A program made the position numbers and the translations under genes. Positions 19,360 through 29,877 of a stretch of 64,000 nt of DNA are shown piece by piece. The notes below the pieces were generated by a model, which was given only the letters and a program-made list of their open reading frames with translations, did no database searches and was not told where the DNA came from. The DNA comes from Candidatus Zixiibacteriota bacterium (GTDB lineage Bacteria > Zixibacteria > MSB-5A5 > GN15 > JAAZOE01): the NCBI GenBank assembly GCA_043819555.1, contig JBDREQ010000076.1:67439-131438 (forward strand), written 5' to 3'. Each line of letters begins with the position of its first letter. The stretch's first letter is position 1.

Positions 19360-21090
19360 TTAAACCTTCTTTTCAAGCAGATATTTTATTTCGGTCTGTA
19401 ATTTTATCGCCAAATCCTTGTCGGCACTTTCTTCAGCCGCGGCAAGTTGTTCTTTTAACTGAGTAATCTGGCGGTTTCGTTTTTGATTTAACAGCATTTG
19501 CCGGTATTCCTTGATTACTCCGGCCTGGTCGATATCGCCCCAATCCAAAGTTGAAATAAAGGCCAATCCCGAAACTAACGATTCGTCCTTTATAGATTCA
19601 ATCATTTTGTCCGGATTTATTTCGCCGGAACTTTTGTAGGAGTCGAGCATTTTTTTATATATTTCGCCATGACCGGGACCGGAAAAATCATCGGGAGAAA
19701 TATCATTCCAGATTAGTTCAATCAGCGGCGGATGATTAACGCAGAGTGACAACAATTCTGATTCAAGGATGTTGATGTTGCGGGTGTGCTCGGGAGCGGG
19801 CTGAATGGATGACTCTTGTATCCCCGATTGCAATGAAGCCCGGGAAAGATTAAGCTTTTCCGAGGCGGAAGAAATAAATATATCTCGTTTGAGGGAATCA
19901 TCTATTCTGGAAGCTAAAGATTTTATTTCGCGGGCGATGTTTTCTTTTTCTCTAATCGAAAGTTCATGACTATCAATTCGGTTGAAACGAAAGGTTATAA
20001 AATCTTCTGAGTTTTCGACCAGCTTATACACAGCTTCCGGGCCATGTTCGCGAACGAATGAATCGGGGTCTTTTTCGGGTGGAGAAGAGACAATCATCGG
20101 CTCAATTCCGGCATTATAAAAATTCTCAACAGATCGTAAGGCCGCACTCCGTCCTGCCGAATCGGCATCAAAAAAGATGTAGGTCTTTTGAGCGAATCTT
20201 GATATCAAACGTGCCTGCTGCGGCGTAAACGATGTCCCCGATACGGCGATGACGTTTTCTATCCCTGCCTGATGCAAGGCAATAAGGTCAAAATAACCTT
20301 CGACCAATATTGCTGAGCCGGCCTCCCGGATGGATTGTTTGGCAAAATTAAGGCCATAGAGTATGAATGACTTATTGTAAAGCGGTGTTTCAGGGGAATT
20401 GACGTATTTGGCCGGTTCACCTTTTTTGAGGGCGCGCCCTCCAAAAGCGACTGTTTTCCCCATAATATCAAAAATGGGGATTATTAGCCGCATGCGAAAT
20501 CGGTCGTAATAATCACCGGTCTTGTTGGATTTTGTGGCAAGGCCAGCTTCGACCAATTCTTCCGGCTTTATATCCTTTTTGCGGGCGTAATCAACAAGTC
20601 CTTGCCAGTCGTCGGTTGCCAAACCAATTTGAAATTTCTCAACTGTTGATTTTTCGAGTCCCCTGACTTTATACAAATAATTTTCAATTTTTTGCCTGTA
20701 TCTGGAATCAAAAAGGTTAGATTGAAAATACTCGGCCGCAGTCAGATTAGCATAAAGCAGGCGTTCGGTGCGAGTATCTTTTTCTTTTTCATATTTAGGA
20801 AGAACGATTCCGTAACGATCGGCGAGCAATTTAATGGCCTCGATAAAACTCAGTTTTTCATGTTCCATTAAAAACGTAAAGACATTGCCGCCTTTGCCGC
20901 ATCCGAAGCAGTGGAAGATTTGCTTTTCGGGTGAGACCGAAAAAGACGGCGTTTTTTCATCGTGGAAGGGGCAGATGGCCATGAAATTCCTGCCGCGTTT
21001 TTTTAGCGGGAGATAACCGGATAGTATTTCCACAATGTCGGCCGCCATGCGGACTTCATCGATCTTATTTTCAGGAATACGCGCTGCCAT
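19360..21090 (-). CDS. dnaG: DNA primase
   Basis: CPFHDEKTPSF, CFGC, KYVNSPET, VEGYFD, DADSAG. Confidence 0.98.
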   Translation of the reverse strand: MAARIPENKIDEVRMAADIVEILSGYLPLKKRGRNFMAICPFHDEKTPSFSVSPEKQIFHCFGCGKGGNVFTFLMEHEKLSFIEAIKLLADRYGIVLPKYEKEKDTRTERLLYANLTAAEYFQSNLFDSRYRQKIENYLYKVRGLEKSTVEKFQIGLATDDWQGLVDYARKKDIKPEELVEAGLATKSNKTGDYYDRFRMRLIIPIFDIMGKTVAFGGRALKKGEPAKYVNSPETPLYNKSFILYGLNFAKQSIREAGSAILVEGYFDLIALHQAGIENVIAVSGTSFTPQQARLISRFAQKTYIFFDADSAGRSAALRSVENFYNAGIEPMIVSSPPEKDPDSFVREHGPEAVYKLVENSEDFITFRFNRIDSHELSIREKENIAREIKSLASRIDDSLKRDIFISSASEKLNLSRASLQSGIQESSIQPAPEHTRNINILESELLSLCVNHPPLIELIWNDISPDDFSGPGHGEIYKKMLDSYKSSGEINPDKMIESIKDESLVSGLAFISTLDWGDIDQAGVIKEYRQMLLNQKRNRQITQLKEQLAAAEESADKDLAIKLQTEIKYLLEKKV

Positions 21091-23477
21091 TATGTTTTAA
21101 GCCGGGCGATGGTGACCCCATGCCCGCCCTCATTCCAATTACCAATACGCAGAGATTCCACAGCCCGGTGGTTTTTTAAATAGGCTGTCAGGTTTTTGCG
21201 AAGGATGCCGGCTCCTTTGCCATGAATTACATATACCTGAGGCGCGCCGGCGATAATCGCGTCATCAAGGAATTTATCCAGTAGTTCCAGGGCTTCTTCG
21301 ACCGTCATTCCGCGAAGCATTATTTCCGGGCGAAAATTATCACTGGTAGAGGCGTTAACGGTCCCGGATGATTTAAATTGCTTTTTTTTCGGGACATCAG
21401 GCTTATTGTTTCGGCGTGTGACGTCGATGGTATCGATAATCATGGTCGCCTTGCCGATGATGACTTTAGCCCGTTTGGCATCGAGCATTTCTATCACTTC
21501 TCCCTCAGTATTGATTTTTTCTATCCAAACGGTTTCACCGGGGGAGAGAATTTTGGCATCCTGAAGTTTTTTTGATTTTAATTTTTGTTTTTGGTCCGCG
21601 ATTTCTTTCGATCGATTTTTCAGGAGGTTATGTGAATTCTTAACCTGCTTTGAATCGGCCTGCGATTCCCGAATGCCCTTGACTAATTTGTCAATTTCTC
21701 TGCGGCCGTCTTCGACCTGTTTTTCAAGTTCCTGAATATGCTTTTCGGCGAATTCTTTTTCCTTATCATCAAGATGATTTTTGCGGGCAATATAATATTC
21801 TTCGAGGGTTTTAGCCTTTTCAAGACGCTCATCAAGCTCGACTCTTTCCTTTCGAATATGTTCCAGATCGGTGTCAAGTTTTTCAATCAGTTTATCGAGG
21901 GAGCGTGATTGAGTTCCAAGCAGTTTAGCCGATCTGTCGGCCATTTCATCGGGCAGTCCAAGGCGGCGGGCAATATCAATAGCATAACTGGCTCCGGGAA
22001 TGCCCAGTTTCAATCTAAAAGTCGGCTTTAGTTGTTCTCGGTCAAACTCAAGTGATGCATTTATAAGGCCCGGATATTCCAGTGGCAAAGTTTTCAATTG
22101 TGAATAATGGGTCGTTGCCAGGAGATTGCACCCCCGTTCCAGAAGCGTCAGGATAATAACTTCGGCGAGGGCGGCGCCTTCTTTGGGATCGGTTCCAGCT
22201 CCGATTTCATCAAAAAGGACCAGCGTGTTTTTATCAGCATCATTAATGGCCGCGATGATATTTCTGATATGCGAAGAAAAAGTAGAAAGAGATAATTCGA
22301 GTGATTGTTCATCGCCGATATCTGCGAATATTTTACTGTAAATTCCAACGCGGCTTTTCGGATCAGCCGGAATTTCAAGACCGGACATGGCCATTAAGGT
22401 CAAAAGACCAATGGCTTTTATGGCCACGGTTTTGCCACCCGTATTGGGACCCGTCACCAGAATACCCTGATTATCTTTGTCGAGGACAATACTTAGAGGG
22501 ATGATATCTGAGAAAGATTCGGCCCCATGCATAAGAAGAGGGTGGCGGGCATCGATTAGGTTTAATTCACCGGTGCGGGAAATTTCGGGGGATGCGGCCT
22601 CAATTTTAAGGGCAAATCCGGCGCAGGCATGGACAAAATCGAGTTTTCCGTAGGCGTCAATATCGCATATAATATCGTCCGCCGACTGTCCAACCATGGA
22701 CGTGAGTTCACGGAGTATTCGGCTGATTTCTATTTTTTCATCCTGTTGCAGTTGGCGCAGTTTATTATTTATTGGGATCGCCGAATCCGGTTCAACAAAG
22801 AGGGTCGCGCCACTGTGGGATTTATCATGAATGATTCCCTTGTTATGATTAAAATCTGAAGACAGGACGGGAATTACAAAACGGCCATCGCGAATAGTAA
22901 TGACATCATCCTGCCAGCCGGTATGTTTTTTTCTACCTGACAAGATTTTACTAAGATGGTTTTTTATTTTGGCGTCGGATTCACTGATATCTCTGCGAAT
23001 TTTCGCCAGAGCGCTTGATGCTTTATCAAGAATTTCACCGGAAGAATCAATGGCCTTTCCAATGGCTTTTGATATTTCACGCCTGGGATGAAATACTTTT
23101 ATAATGTCTGCAATATCGGGGAATTTTTCATGACGGTTTTCAGACTTGCCGTATCTTACAAGATCACTAACGGCATCAAGGAATAGTTTGATTTGCAGCA
23201 ACGAACTGGGTTCGAGATTCAAACCTTCAATACGGGATTTTTCTATCAATCCCGAGATATCATCTATTCGAATAAGGGGAAGAGCTTCCTCAAAGCGAAT
23301 TATTTCCCTCATTTGCGATGATTGCTTATGGCGCAGGCTTATCTCATCCCGGTCAAATAACGGTCGTAAATTTTCGGCACGTATTTGTCCGAAGGGAGAT
23401 AGGGTCAAGCCTCGAATTAATTCAGAAATCTTTGGGAATTCGAGGACTTTGATTGTATGGGCATCAATTTCCTGCAT
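21090..23477 (-). CDS. mutS2: Endonuclease MutS2
   Basis: GPNTGGKT, DIGDEQS, DEIGAGTDP, C-terminal Smr IHGKGAG. Confidence 0.96.
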   Translation of the reverse strand: MQEIDAHTIKVLEFPKISELIRGLTLSPFGQIRAENLRPLFDRDEISLRHKQSSQMREIIRFEEALPLIRIDDISGLIEKSRIEGLNLEPSSLLQIKLFLDAVSDLVRYGKSENRHEKFPDIADIIKVFHPRREISKAIGKAIDSSGEILDKASSALAKIRRDISESDAKIKNHLSKILSGRKKHTGWQDDVITIRDGRFVIPVLSSDFNHNKGIIHDKSHSGATLFVEPDSAIPINNKLRQLQQDEKIEISRILRELTSMVGQSADDIICDIDAYGKLDFVHACAGFALKIEAASPEISRTGELNLIDARHPLLMHGAESFSDIIPLSIVLDKDNQGILVTGPNTGGKTVAIKAIGLLTLMAMSGLEIPADPKSRVGIYSKIFADIGDEQSLELSLSTFSSHIRNIIAAINDADKNTLVLFDEIGAGTDPKEGAALAEVIILTLLERGCNLLATTHYSQLKTLPLEYPGLINASLEFDREQLKPTFRLKLGIPGASYAIDIARRLGLPDEMADRSAKLLGTQSRSLDKLIEKLDTDLEHIRKERVELDERLEKAKTLEEYYIARKNHLDDKEKEFAEKHIQELEKQVEDGRREIDKLVKGIRESQADSKQVKNSHNLLKNRSKEIADQKQKLKSKKLQDAKILSPGETVWIEKINTEGEVIEMLDAKRAKVIIGKATMIIDTIDVTRRNNKPDVPKKKQFKSSGTVNASTSDNFRPEIMLRGMTVEEALELLDKFLDDAIIAGAPQVYVIHGKGAGILRKNLTAYLKNHRAVESLRIGNWNEGGHGVTIARLKT

Positions 23478-23547
23478 AAAAAACCGGCAATTTAAATCAA
23501 ACCGCCGGTAACATACAAAATATTTTGAATATTGCCAATGATTTCAA

Positions 23548-24183
23548 TCAGGGCGTCGCGGTTGCGCTGAAAAATCTGTTTATTTGCATAAGAACAAGCT
23601 CTACTTCCGCTCGAGTTTCGCCAGTTGGCCGCAATTTGGAGTTTTTCAGCATCAAAGCTGATTCAACCTTATTATAAAATGATGGGCTTTTGGGGTGAAC
23701 GGCGCTTGAAGATTCATAAATAAAAGGAATGGTTTTAATCAGAGAAGGGCCGAATAGAGATTCTTCAACCACGAGATAAAAACTCGCCGGCATGGGAAGC
23801 AAAAAGAGAAGGAAAAATACAAATGCGATTACTATCCAGCCGCGGGCGAATCCGATAAAAGCTCCACCCATTTGATCCTTTTTGCCTTTTCGCTGAATAT
23901 TCACAATTCTCGCCAAACCGATTCCCATCAGCTTGAAAGCGGCGTAGGTGAGCCCCAGTAATAAAATAAAACTTAAGAAGGCGACGACCATCGGCGAACC
24001 GCCAATTTTTTCATAGACCACGACAGAAAAAGTATCCATAAAATTGATTGAGACAATAACCGCGGGGATTAATGTAAAGAAAGCCGTTAGCTCACGGAGC
24101 AAGCCTTTTTTGGAGCCAATGATAATCATGGCCACCAAAAGCCCCAGCAATATATAGTCAACAATATTCATATAATCACCCAT
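23548..24183 (-). CDS. CvpA family membrane protein
   Basis: D...GSKKGLLRE...DQMGGAFIG; adjacent to mutS2. Confidence 0.85.
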   Translation of the reverse strand: MGDYMNIVDYILLGLLVAMIIIGSKKGLLRELTAFFTLIPAVIVSINFMDTFSVVVYEKIGGSPMVVAFLSFILLLGLTYAAFKLMGIGLARIVNIQRKGKKDQMGGAFIGFARGWIVIAFVFFLLFLLPMPASFYLVVEESLFGPSLIKTIPFIYESSSAVHPKSPSFYNKVESALMLKNSKLRPTGETRAEVELVLMQINRFFSATATP

Positions 24184-24264
24184 CCTTTATACGGTTGATA
24201 TTGAAAAATGGTGAATTTGAAAAATAGAGGCAATAAAAAAATGAACTGAATTTGGAGAGTATTA

Positions 24265-24717
24265 TCACGCCTGTGATAACAATCGAGAAACTATCTCTTT
24301 GATAACCTTGCCGTCAGCCTGGCCTTTGGTTCGCGGCATGACCGCTTTCATGACTTTTCCCATATCCGACATACCTGCCGCCCCGGTTTCCCCGATGACC
24401 TCGACCACGAGCCTTTCGATTTCTTCAGGCGATAGTTGCTCAGGCAGGTAGGCAGTAATAAGAGCCAATTCGGCCGTTTCTTTTTGTACCAGATCGTCAC
24501 GGCCCCCCTGTTGAAATTTCTCAATTGAATCGCGCCGCTGTTTTGCGGCAGAAGATAAGACTTTGATGATATCGTCGTCTTTTAGTTCTTCGATTTGATT
24601 GTTGATGCGATAGTACTTAATATCAGAATTAAGGCCCCTAAGAGTCGTCACGGTGTCTTTTTCGCCGCTCTTAAGGGCCTTAATAACATCTTCGTCAATA
24701 CGTTTTTGGAGAGACAT
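24265..24717 (-). CDS. GatB/YqeY domain protein
   Basis: KQRRDSI, YLPEQLS, DMGKVM, ADGK. Confidence 0.94.
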   Translation of the reverse strand: MSLQKRIDEDVIKALKSGEKDTVTTLRGLNSDIKYYRINNQIEELKDDDIIKVLSSAAKQRRDSIEKFQQGGRDDLVQKETAELALITAYLPEQLSPEEIERLVVEVIGETGAAGMSDMGKVMKAVMPRTKGQADGKVIKEIVSRLLSQA

Positions 24718-24915
24718 TTAGGACTGGTTCTCCTTCATGAGCTTACGCATTTTTCTTTTGGCCGCATTGAGTTTCCGTTTTTTTCGTTCGGACGGTTTTT
24801 CGAAATGCTGATGCTTTTTGATATCAGATAGTATTCCCATCTTTTCACAAAACTTGTTGAATCTCCGCAAGGCTTTTTCGAATGATTCGTCATCGCGAAC
24901 CTTAACGCCTGTCAT
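24718..24915 (-). CDS. rpsU: 30S ribosomal protein S21
   Basis: [21 protein letters not shown]. Confidence 0.97.
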   Translation of the reverse strand: MTGVKVRDDESFEKALRRFNKFCEKMGILSDIKKHQHFEKPSERKKRKLNAAKRKMRKLMKENQS

Positions 24916-24973
24916 TCTAAATAATCACTCCCTTCAAAACGTATTAGGGTTATAGATATAACTTTCCGACTTG

Positions 24974-25001
24974 AAGATACTCTATTTTTGGGGTTAGTCA
25001 A
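24974..25001 (-). promoter_or_regulatory. sigma70-like promoter of rpsU
   Basis: TTGACT-16nt-TATCTT. Confidence 0.55.
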
Positions 25002-25007
25002 ACCAAA

Positions 25008-25367
25008 TTAACACAAATCAAGCTCAATTTTTTCTTCTTCCAATTCTTTTATCCAGGACAGAAAATGAACATGAAGATGATAGACAATTTGACCGCCTTT
25101 GGGGCCATTGTTAATTGTCATCCTAAAGCCGTTCTCCACCTTCAAATATTCGGCCAATTTCCGGCAAACCTTATGTAAATAAGCGACTTCGTCGTTTGGG
25201 GCGTCCATAAATGTGGCGAAGTGCTTTTTGGGGCAGATCAAAAGATGGATATTAGCTTGAGGGCGATAGTCATGGAATATTATTACCCGTTCGTTTTCGA
25301 AGACAATGCGAGCTGGAGAGGTTTTATTGATTATGTCGCAAAAAATACAGTTCATTTTGTTTTCCAT
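25008..25367 (-). CDS. HIT family nucleotide-binding protein
   Basis: CIFC, GGQIVYHLHVH; start likely MENKMN. Confidence 0.92.
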   Translation of the reverse strand: MENKMNCIFCDIINKTSPARIVFENERVIIFHDYRPQANIHLLICPKKHFATFMDAPNDEVAYLHKVCRKLAEYLKVENGFRMTINNGPKGGQIVYHLHVHFLSWIKELEEEKIELDLC

Positions 25368-25556
25368 GCTAAGACGCCATATATACGGATTTGGGGGTAT
25401 GTATGCAATAATTAACAAGTTTTGTAGATATACACCCCGACGGTTTTGACAATAAAACAGATCCCGCTTGCGTCATTCCCACGAATGCTGTAAACGGGGA
25501 GTTGATGAAGAAATGAAGGCCAATTACAAATTTCATTTAAGCATGCAAACCATTAG

Positions 25557-26447
25557 TTATTTCTTTATTGAGCTCCGTAATAATGCAGAGATTAATCTGG
25601 CTTTTTCGGCTATATATTTCATGCGCTTAGCCATCTCCGGGTCAATGGACTCCAGATCATGTTTATTGAAGTCGTCAATGGCTTCTTTCACGGAAGAATA
25701 ACCCTCCCATTTATACACTGGTTCGAGGGGGCCAACAAAACCCAAATGTATTGGACTCTGTTCAACAGGATCAACGGCAAATGGATTTATTGTTATTGGG
25801 CCTCCGCGGAGTTTCAATTTCCATTCCTCACAATAGGTTGTAACTAAGGTTATGTCACCCAAATATCTGAATCCATATATTTTTAATGGATAAGACGCAT
25901 CTGAATAATTTCCAATGAAGTATCGCTCATAGACGTCAAATTTATAACTTACTTTATAGCAAATGCATTCATTCCCATCTTGGTCAGGGCTATCAGGCCG
26001 GTCTGTTTTATCATTTCTAACCTTAGTACCTCTAATTTGACCCTTAAGTAGACAATATCGATTACTGGAATTGTTATTATCGGACAATGCAATCAGTTCA
26101 CCGATGCCATTAATATGATAAGAATCCTCGGTGTCACTGCTATCAATGACCGCTATCAATACCTCGCAATCATTATTTTTCTGCTGGCTATTCTCATTCG
26201 GATTGTCGGTGTTTGTACTATCTAAATTCCAGATGATTTTCCACTCATCCCCATTTATGGTAATAAACGAATTTGCTTCTTTAGTCCCTTGATGATTTGC
26301 TATGGGGAAAGATTCTTGATGCTGACCTGTATATAAATCATCAATCTTTGCATTAATGCTCTGTAACATTACATTTGTCAAAATAACTACTCCGGCGATG
26401 ACAAGTAATGAATTAATATGCACTGAAACCTCCACTGTCCATGCCAT
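25557..26447 (-). CDS. Hypothetical protein, N-terminal hydrophobic segment
   Basis: 296-aa AT-rich ORF, no recognised motif. Confidence 0.55.
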   Translation of the reverse strand: MAWTVEVSVHINSLLVIAGVVILTNVMLQSINAKIDDLYTGQHQESFPIANHQGTKEANSFITINGDEWKIIWNLDSTNTDNPNENSQQKNNDCEVLIAVIDSSDTEDSYHINGIGELIALSDNNNSSNRYCLLKGQIRGTKVRNDKTDRPDSPDQDGNECICYKVSYKFDVYERYFIGNYSDASYPLKIYGFRYLGDITLVTTYCEEWKLKLRGGPITINPFAVDPVEQSPIHLGFVGPLEPVYKWEGYSSVKEAIDDFNKHDLESIDPEMAKRMKYIAEKARLISALLRSSIKK

Positions 26448-26688
26448 TGTCTTGTTGCCCCTAAAATCAGGATCAAATGGCCTTCAAGATAACAGTTTAT
26501 AAATTTGTTTATAAAAACTTATTCAGTTAATAATTTGACGATTCAGCGATTATTTTGTCAAATAATAAATCGACTATTTGTTCTGTACCAGGCAGATACA
26601 GAATTTTTATATAAATTAACTTTTTACTCAAAATATATATCTGCGGCGACAACCCGACATTTTGCTACCACGCAAATAATGAATTTAT

Positions 26689-26835
26689 TGTCATTCCAGC
26701 AAGTTTCGCCATAGCGAAACGGAAGCTGGAATCCATACAGCGATGATGAAAGTATAGAACTTGCTATTTTTTGATAACTCAGACTGGATTCCCGACTCGC
26801 TTTGCCCCTGACAGGCATCGCTCTCGGGAATGACA
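26689..26835. repeat. Family E palindromic element, copy 2 (two facing arms)
   Basis: TGTCATTCCAGC...GCTGGAATCCA ... CTGGATTCCCGA...TCGGGAATGACA. Confidence 0.8.
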
Positions 26836-26905
26836 GGTATAAAGTATGGCGTGGTAACTGGGGAAGACACTATTGTCGAAACTGTAGTAGTTTCGACCTT
26901 TAAAG

Positions 26906-28957
26906 TTAATTAATCGTCGCAAGTACTTGAAGCATAAAATCCCTGTCCGGGTCGTTGGGGACATTCTCCAAATAGTAAGACAGATACCTTTTTGTCTTGG
27001 CTTTATTTCTTAAATAATAGGCGCAGTATCCGGCTGTTTTGTAGTTTTTCATCTCTGCCGGATTGGCCTGAATTACTTTTTCAAAATATACCAAGGCTGA
27101 ATCATATCGCTGCATCGTGTAATATCCGGTACCCAGATACAAATGCGCATCCAAAGAATTTGGATTAAGGGCAAGCGCAGAACGGCAATATTTCAACATT
27201 TCGCTATATTTTTTTTGATATAAATACAACCCCGCAAAATTCAGATGATGCCCCTGATTATATGGTTCCAACTCCAATGCCAGCCTGTAATCACGAAGAG
27301 CATTCTCATAATTATAAGTTTTCAAATAGGCTGATCCTCGCAATGAGTACCCCTCCGGGCTATATGGCTCGTTTTTTAGTATTTTTTCGGCAACAACAAG
27401 AGCCTGTTCAACTTTCCCGGAGTCAATTAATTGCTGACCATATCTTACCAGGAGAATATTGGGGAAGTATTCACTCATTTTCAGATTGATGCTGTCGGCC
27501 ATTGGTTTTTCTCCGGCCCTAAAATAATAATCTCGCAGAGTTCCCATCCCTGATTTACTTTTCTCCCGGTCAAGCTCCAGCAGTGAAGTGTAATATTCAA
27601 TTGATGGTTGGTATTGCAAATTGACTATAAAATAAGGGGCAACCATTAATAAAGACAACAGAGCCAGAATTGGACAGTATTTTGTAATCTGTATTTTTGA
27701 AATGTCAATCGTAATTAGCATAAGTAACGCCGGGCCTAATCCGCTGAGCGCGAATAAATCCCAATCCCGGCTCATGCCAATGCGAGGGTCAAGAATTAAA
27801 ATCAATATCAATCCGCCAAGGCTGAAAGATGCCAGGAACCGCCAAATTGAATCTCTTTTCATAGATTTGAAACCTATGATGCTTAAATACAGGAGTATGG
27901 GCCATAGTGGTATCAACAGGCTATACTCATTGAGGATATCAATAATATGGGGGATCGATATAAGCTTATAATCATCGGCGGGCGGCTTTCCCTGCAATAA
28001 AGGCAGGAAATGGGCTTGAATTGCCAATGATTGGAGATATTTATATAAGAAAGCCGCAATCCCGGAAATGACCGCTGCGCCGGCGATTGATAATATTACT
28101 TTCTTATATCGATGGAAGATTCTTCTTCCAGGGTCTCTGGATATAAGAAGCAGTGGAAATGAAATCGCAAAAAACAGACTCTGCAAATGGATAATGTGAC
28201 AAACAATTAGTAATAGTGTTGGCCAGAACAGGCTGCATTTTTTATTCATATATTTAATCGCAAAGTACAAATAACCGGTCATAGGCGCCCATAATAAAGG
28301 ATAATTTTCCACGTATCCAAAAAAGAGCAAGGTCCAGCCGCTGAAAATCAGAGTACTCAGGATAAATAGACGGTAGCTCTTATCCTCACTCAATTCATGG
28401 GCAATGCCGCAAAAGAAAAATATTGAAATAGCACCAGACAGAACAGACACGATAGAGTATGCGTAAGTGGCGCTCTGTAGGCCGGAATACGGTAATAATT
28501 TATTTATAAAATCGGCGACTGCAATCGCGCCAATTTCGGTCCATTTGTATATCACCGGTATCTCATTTCCAATATTGTTGATTATTGCATAACCATCACC
28601 GAGAAGATTCGTCGGCATCCTGAAAAACCATAAGATTGGAATGCTAACGAGTGATATAATCGCCCACTTTGAATAATATTTTTCATCAAACAGTTTTGAA
28701 AGATTTTCAAATATAAGAACGGCCGATGAATTAATTCTGGGAATTAAAAGCGGGCAAAGAATGAAAAAACAACAGATATAGATAATCGTATATGTTTCTG
28801 GGAGAAATTGCAGGTGATCTATTCCCCATGTACGATTGTCCGGGAACAGGAGAAAGGCCAGCCTTGAAGAAAATGTTAACACCGCCAAAGCAATTATGAC
28901 AAATAAACTCGATGATCGTATTCTCATATTGGCAGTTCCCTCAAATATCGTACTCAA
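26906..28957 (-). CDS. Polytopic membrane protein with C-terminal TPR repeats
   Basis: Many TMs; TPRs e.g. YSLRGSAYLKTYNYENALRDYRLALELEP. Confidence 0.8.
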   Translation of the reverse strand: MSTIFEGTANMRIRSSSLFVIIALAVLTFSSRLAFLLFPDNRTWGIDHLQFLPETYTIIYICCFFILCPLLIPRINSSAVLIFENLSKLFDEKYYSKWAIISLVSIPILWFFRMPTNLLGDGYAIINNIGNEIPVIYKWTEIGAIAVADFINKLLPYSGLQSATYAYSIVSVLSGAISIFFFCGIAHELSEDKSYRLFILSTLIFSGWTLLFFGYVENYPLLWAPMTGYLYFAIKYMNKKCSLFWPTLLLIVCHIIHLQSLFFAISFPLLLISRDPGRRIFHRYKKVILSIAGAAVISGIAAFLYKYLQSLAIQAHFLPLLQGKPPADDYKLISIPHIIDILNEYSLLIPLWPILLYLSIIGFKSMKRDSIWRFLASFSLGGLILILILDPRIGMSRDWDLFALSGLGPALLMLITIDISKIQITKYCPILALLSLLMVAPYFIVNLQYQPSIEYYTSLLELDREKSKSGMGTLRDYYFRAGEKPMADSINLKMSEYFPNILLVRYGQQLIDSGKVEQALVVAEKILKNEPYSPEGYSLRGSAYLKTYNYENALRDYRLALELEPYNQGHHLNFAGLYLYQKKYSEMLKYCRSALALNPNSLDAHLYLGTGYYTMQRYDSALVYFEKVIQANPAEMKNYKTAGYCAYYLRNKAKTKRYLSYYLENVPNDPDRDFMLQVLATIN

Positions 28958-29118
28958 TCGTCATACGGGCTTAAGCCGATCCCGGGACCAAGATTGAAAT
29001 TCTTTTGATGCATCCCTATAAACCTATGTCGAATATAATAAGAATAATGGATAAGGCAATCGAATTCAGATTGGGGATTTCATGTCTATTTTAATTGGGT
29101 TTCTATAACTGGTTCAAT

Positions 29119-29700
29119 CTAAATCCTAAATCCAGCTCCAAAAACGGCCGTCGATAAGCCGGTACTATATCCCACACCAATAACAAACTGATTTATGATT
29201 ATATTACTTCCGAACACGCCATCAAAAATATACTCCTCAATCATGCCGCTTTCAAGATAGTAATCATTACTCCATTTCGTAAATGTGTCATCATGATAGC
29301 ATCTGTATTGCCTTGAGTTAGTAACACCTCCGCCACCATATAAGCACAATTGCCCTTTAAATAAGTAAAATGATAGTCCGGTGTTTAATCCCAGATACTT
29401 CACATCGCTGTACCCCATAAATTCACTTTTGTAAAATTCCTCAGCGCGCGACTGCGACCAATTATATTTTTCTCCTTTAGGTTTGCGAATGGAAAACTTG
29501 ACACCCATGAAAAAACTAAAATCTGCCCCGTCTTTGGTCGCCCAGGCAATTCCCGGATGGACAAATGCTTTCAATCCAAAAGTATCACCACCCTCATATT
29601 CGCCAATTATGTCAAGAAAAGTATCCCTCTGCCCACCGAAGGCGCTGCGAGGTTGCCCCAAGAATATTATGATTAACAGTATTGCCACATAATATTTCAT
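29119..29700 (-). CDS. Putative small outer-membrane beta-barrel protein
   Basis: Signal peptide, amphipathic strands, C-terminal FGAGFRI; GGAGG SD. Confidence 0.55.
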   Translation of the reverse strand: MKYYVAILLIIIFLGQPRSAFGGQRDTFLDIIGEYEGGDTFGLKAFVHPGIAWATKDGADFSFFMGVKFSIRKPKGEKYNWSQSRAEEFYKSEFMGYSDVKYLGLNTGLSFYLFKGQLCLYGGGGVTNSRQYRCYHDDTFTKWSNDYYLESGMIEEYIFDGVFGSNIIINQFVIGVGYSTGLSTAVFGAGFRI

Positions 29701-29877
29701 ATAACCTCCATGTCATTGTGGTTATTTTATATATTATACGTACATAATACATTATGTTATAGCATATAATAAACTCATATTTCATGTGCACTCTTAATGA
29801 GTGACCCTATAAATGAATGGCTTATTCCCCTGATATTTACTGTTTCAAAACAATTTATTTTTGTCTTTATTAGTGAT

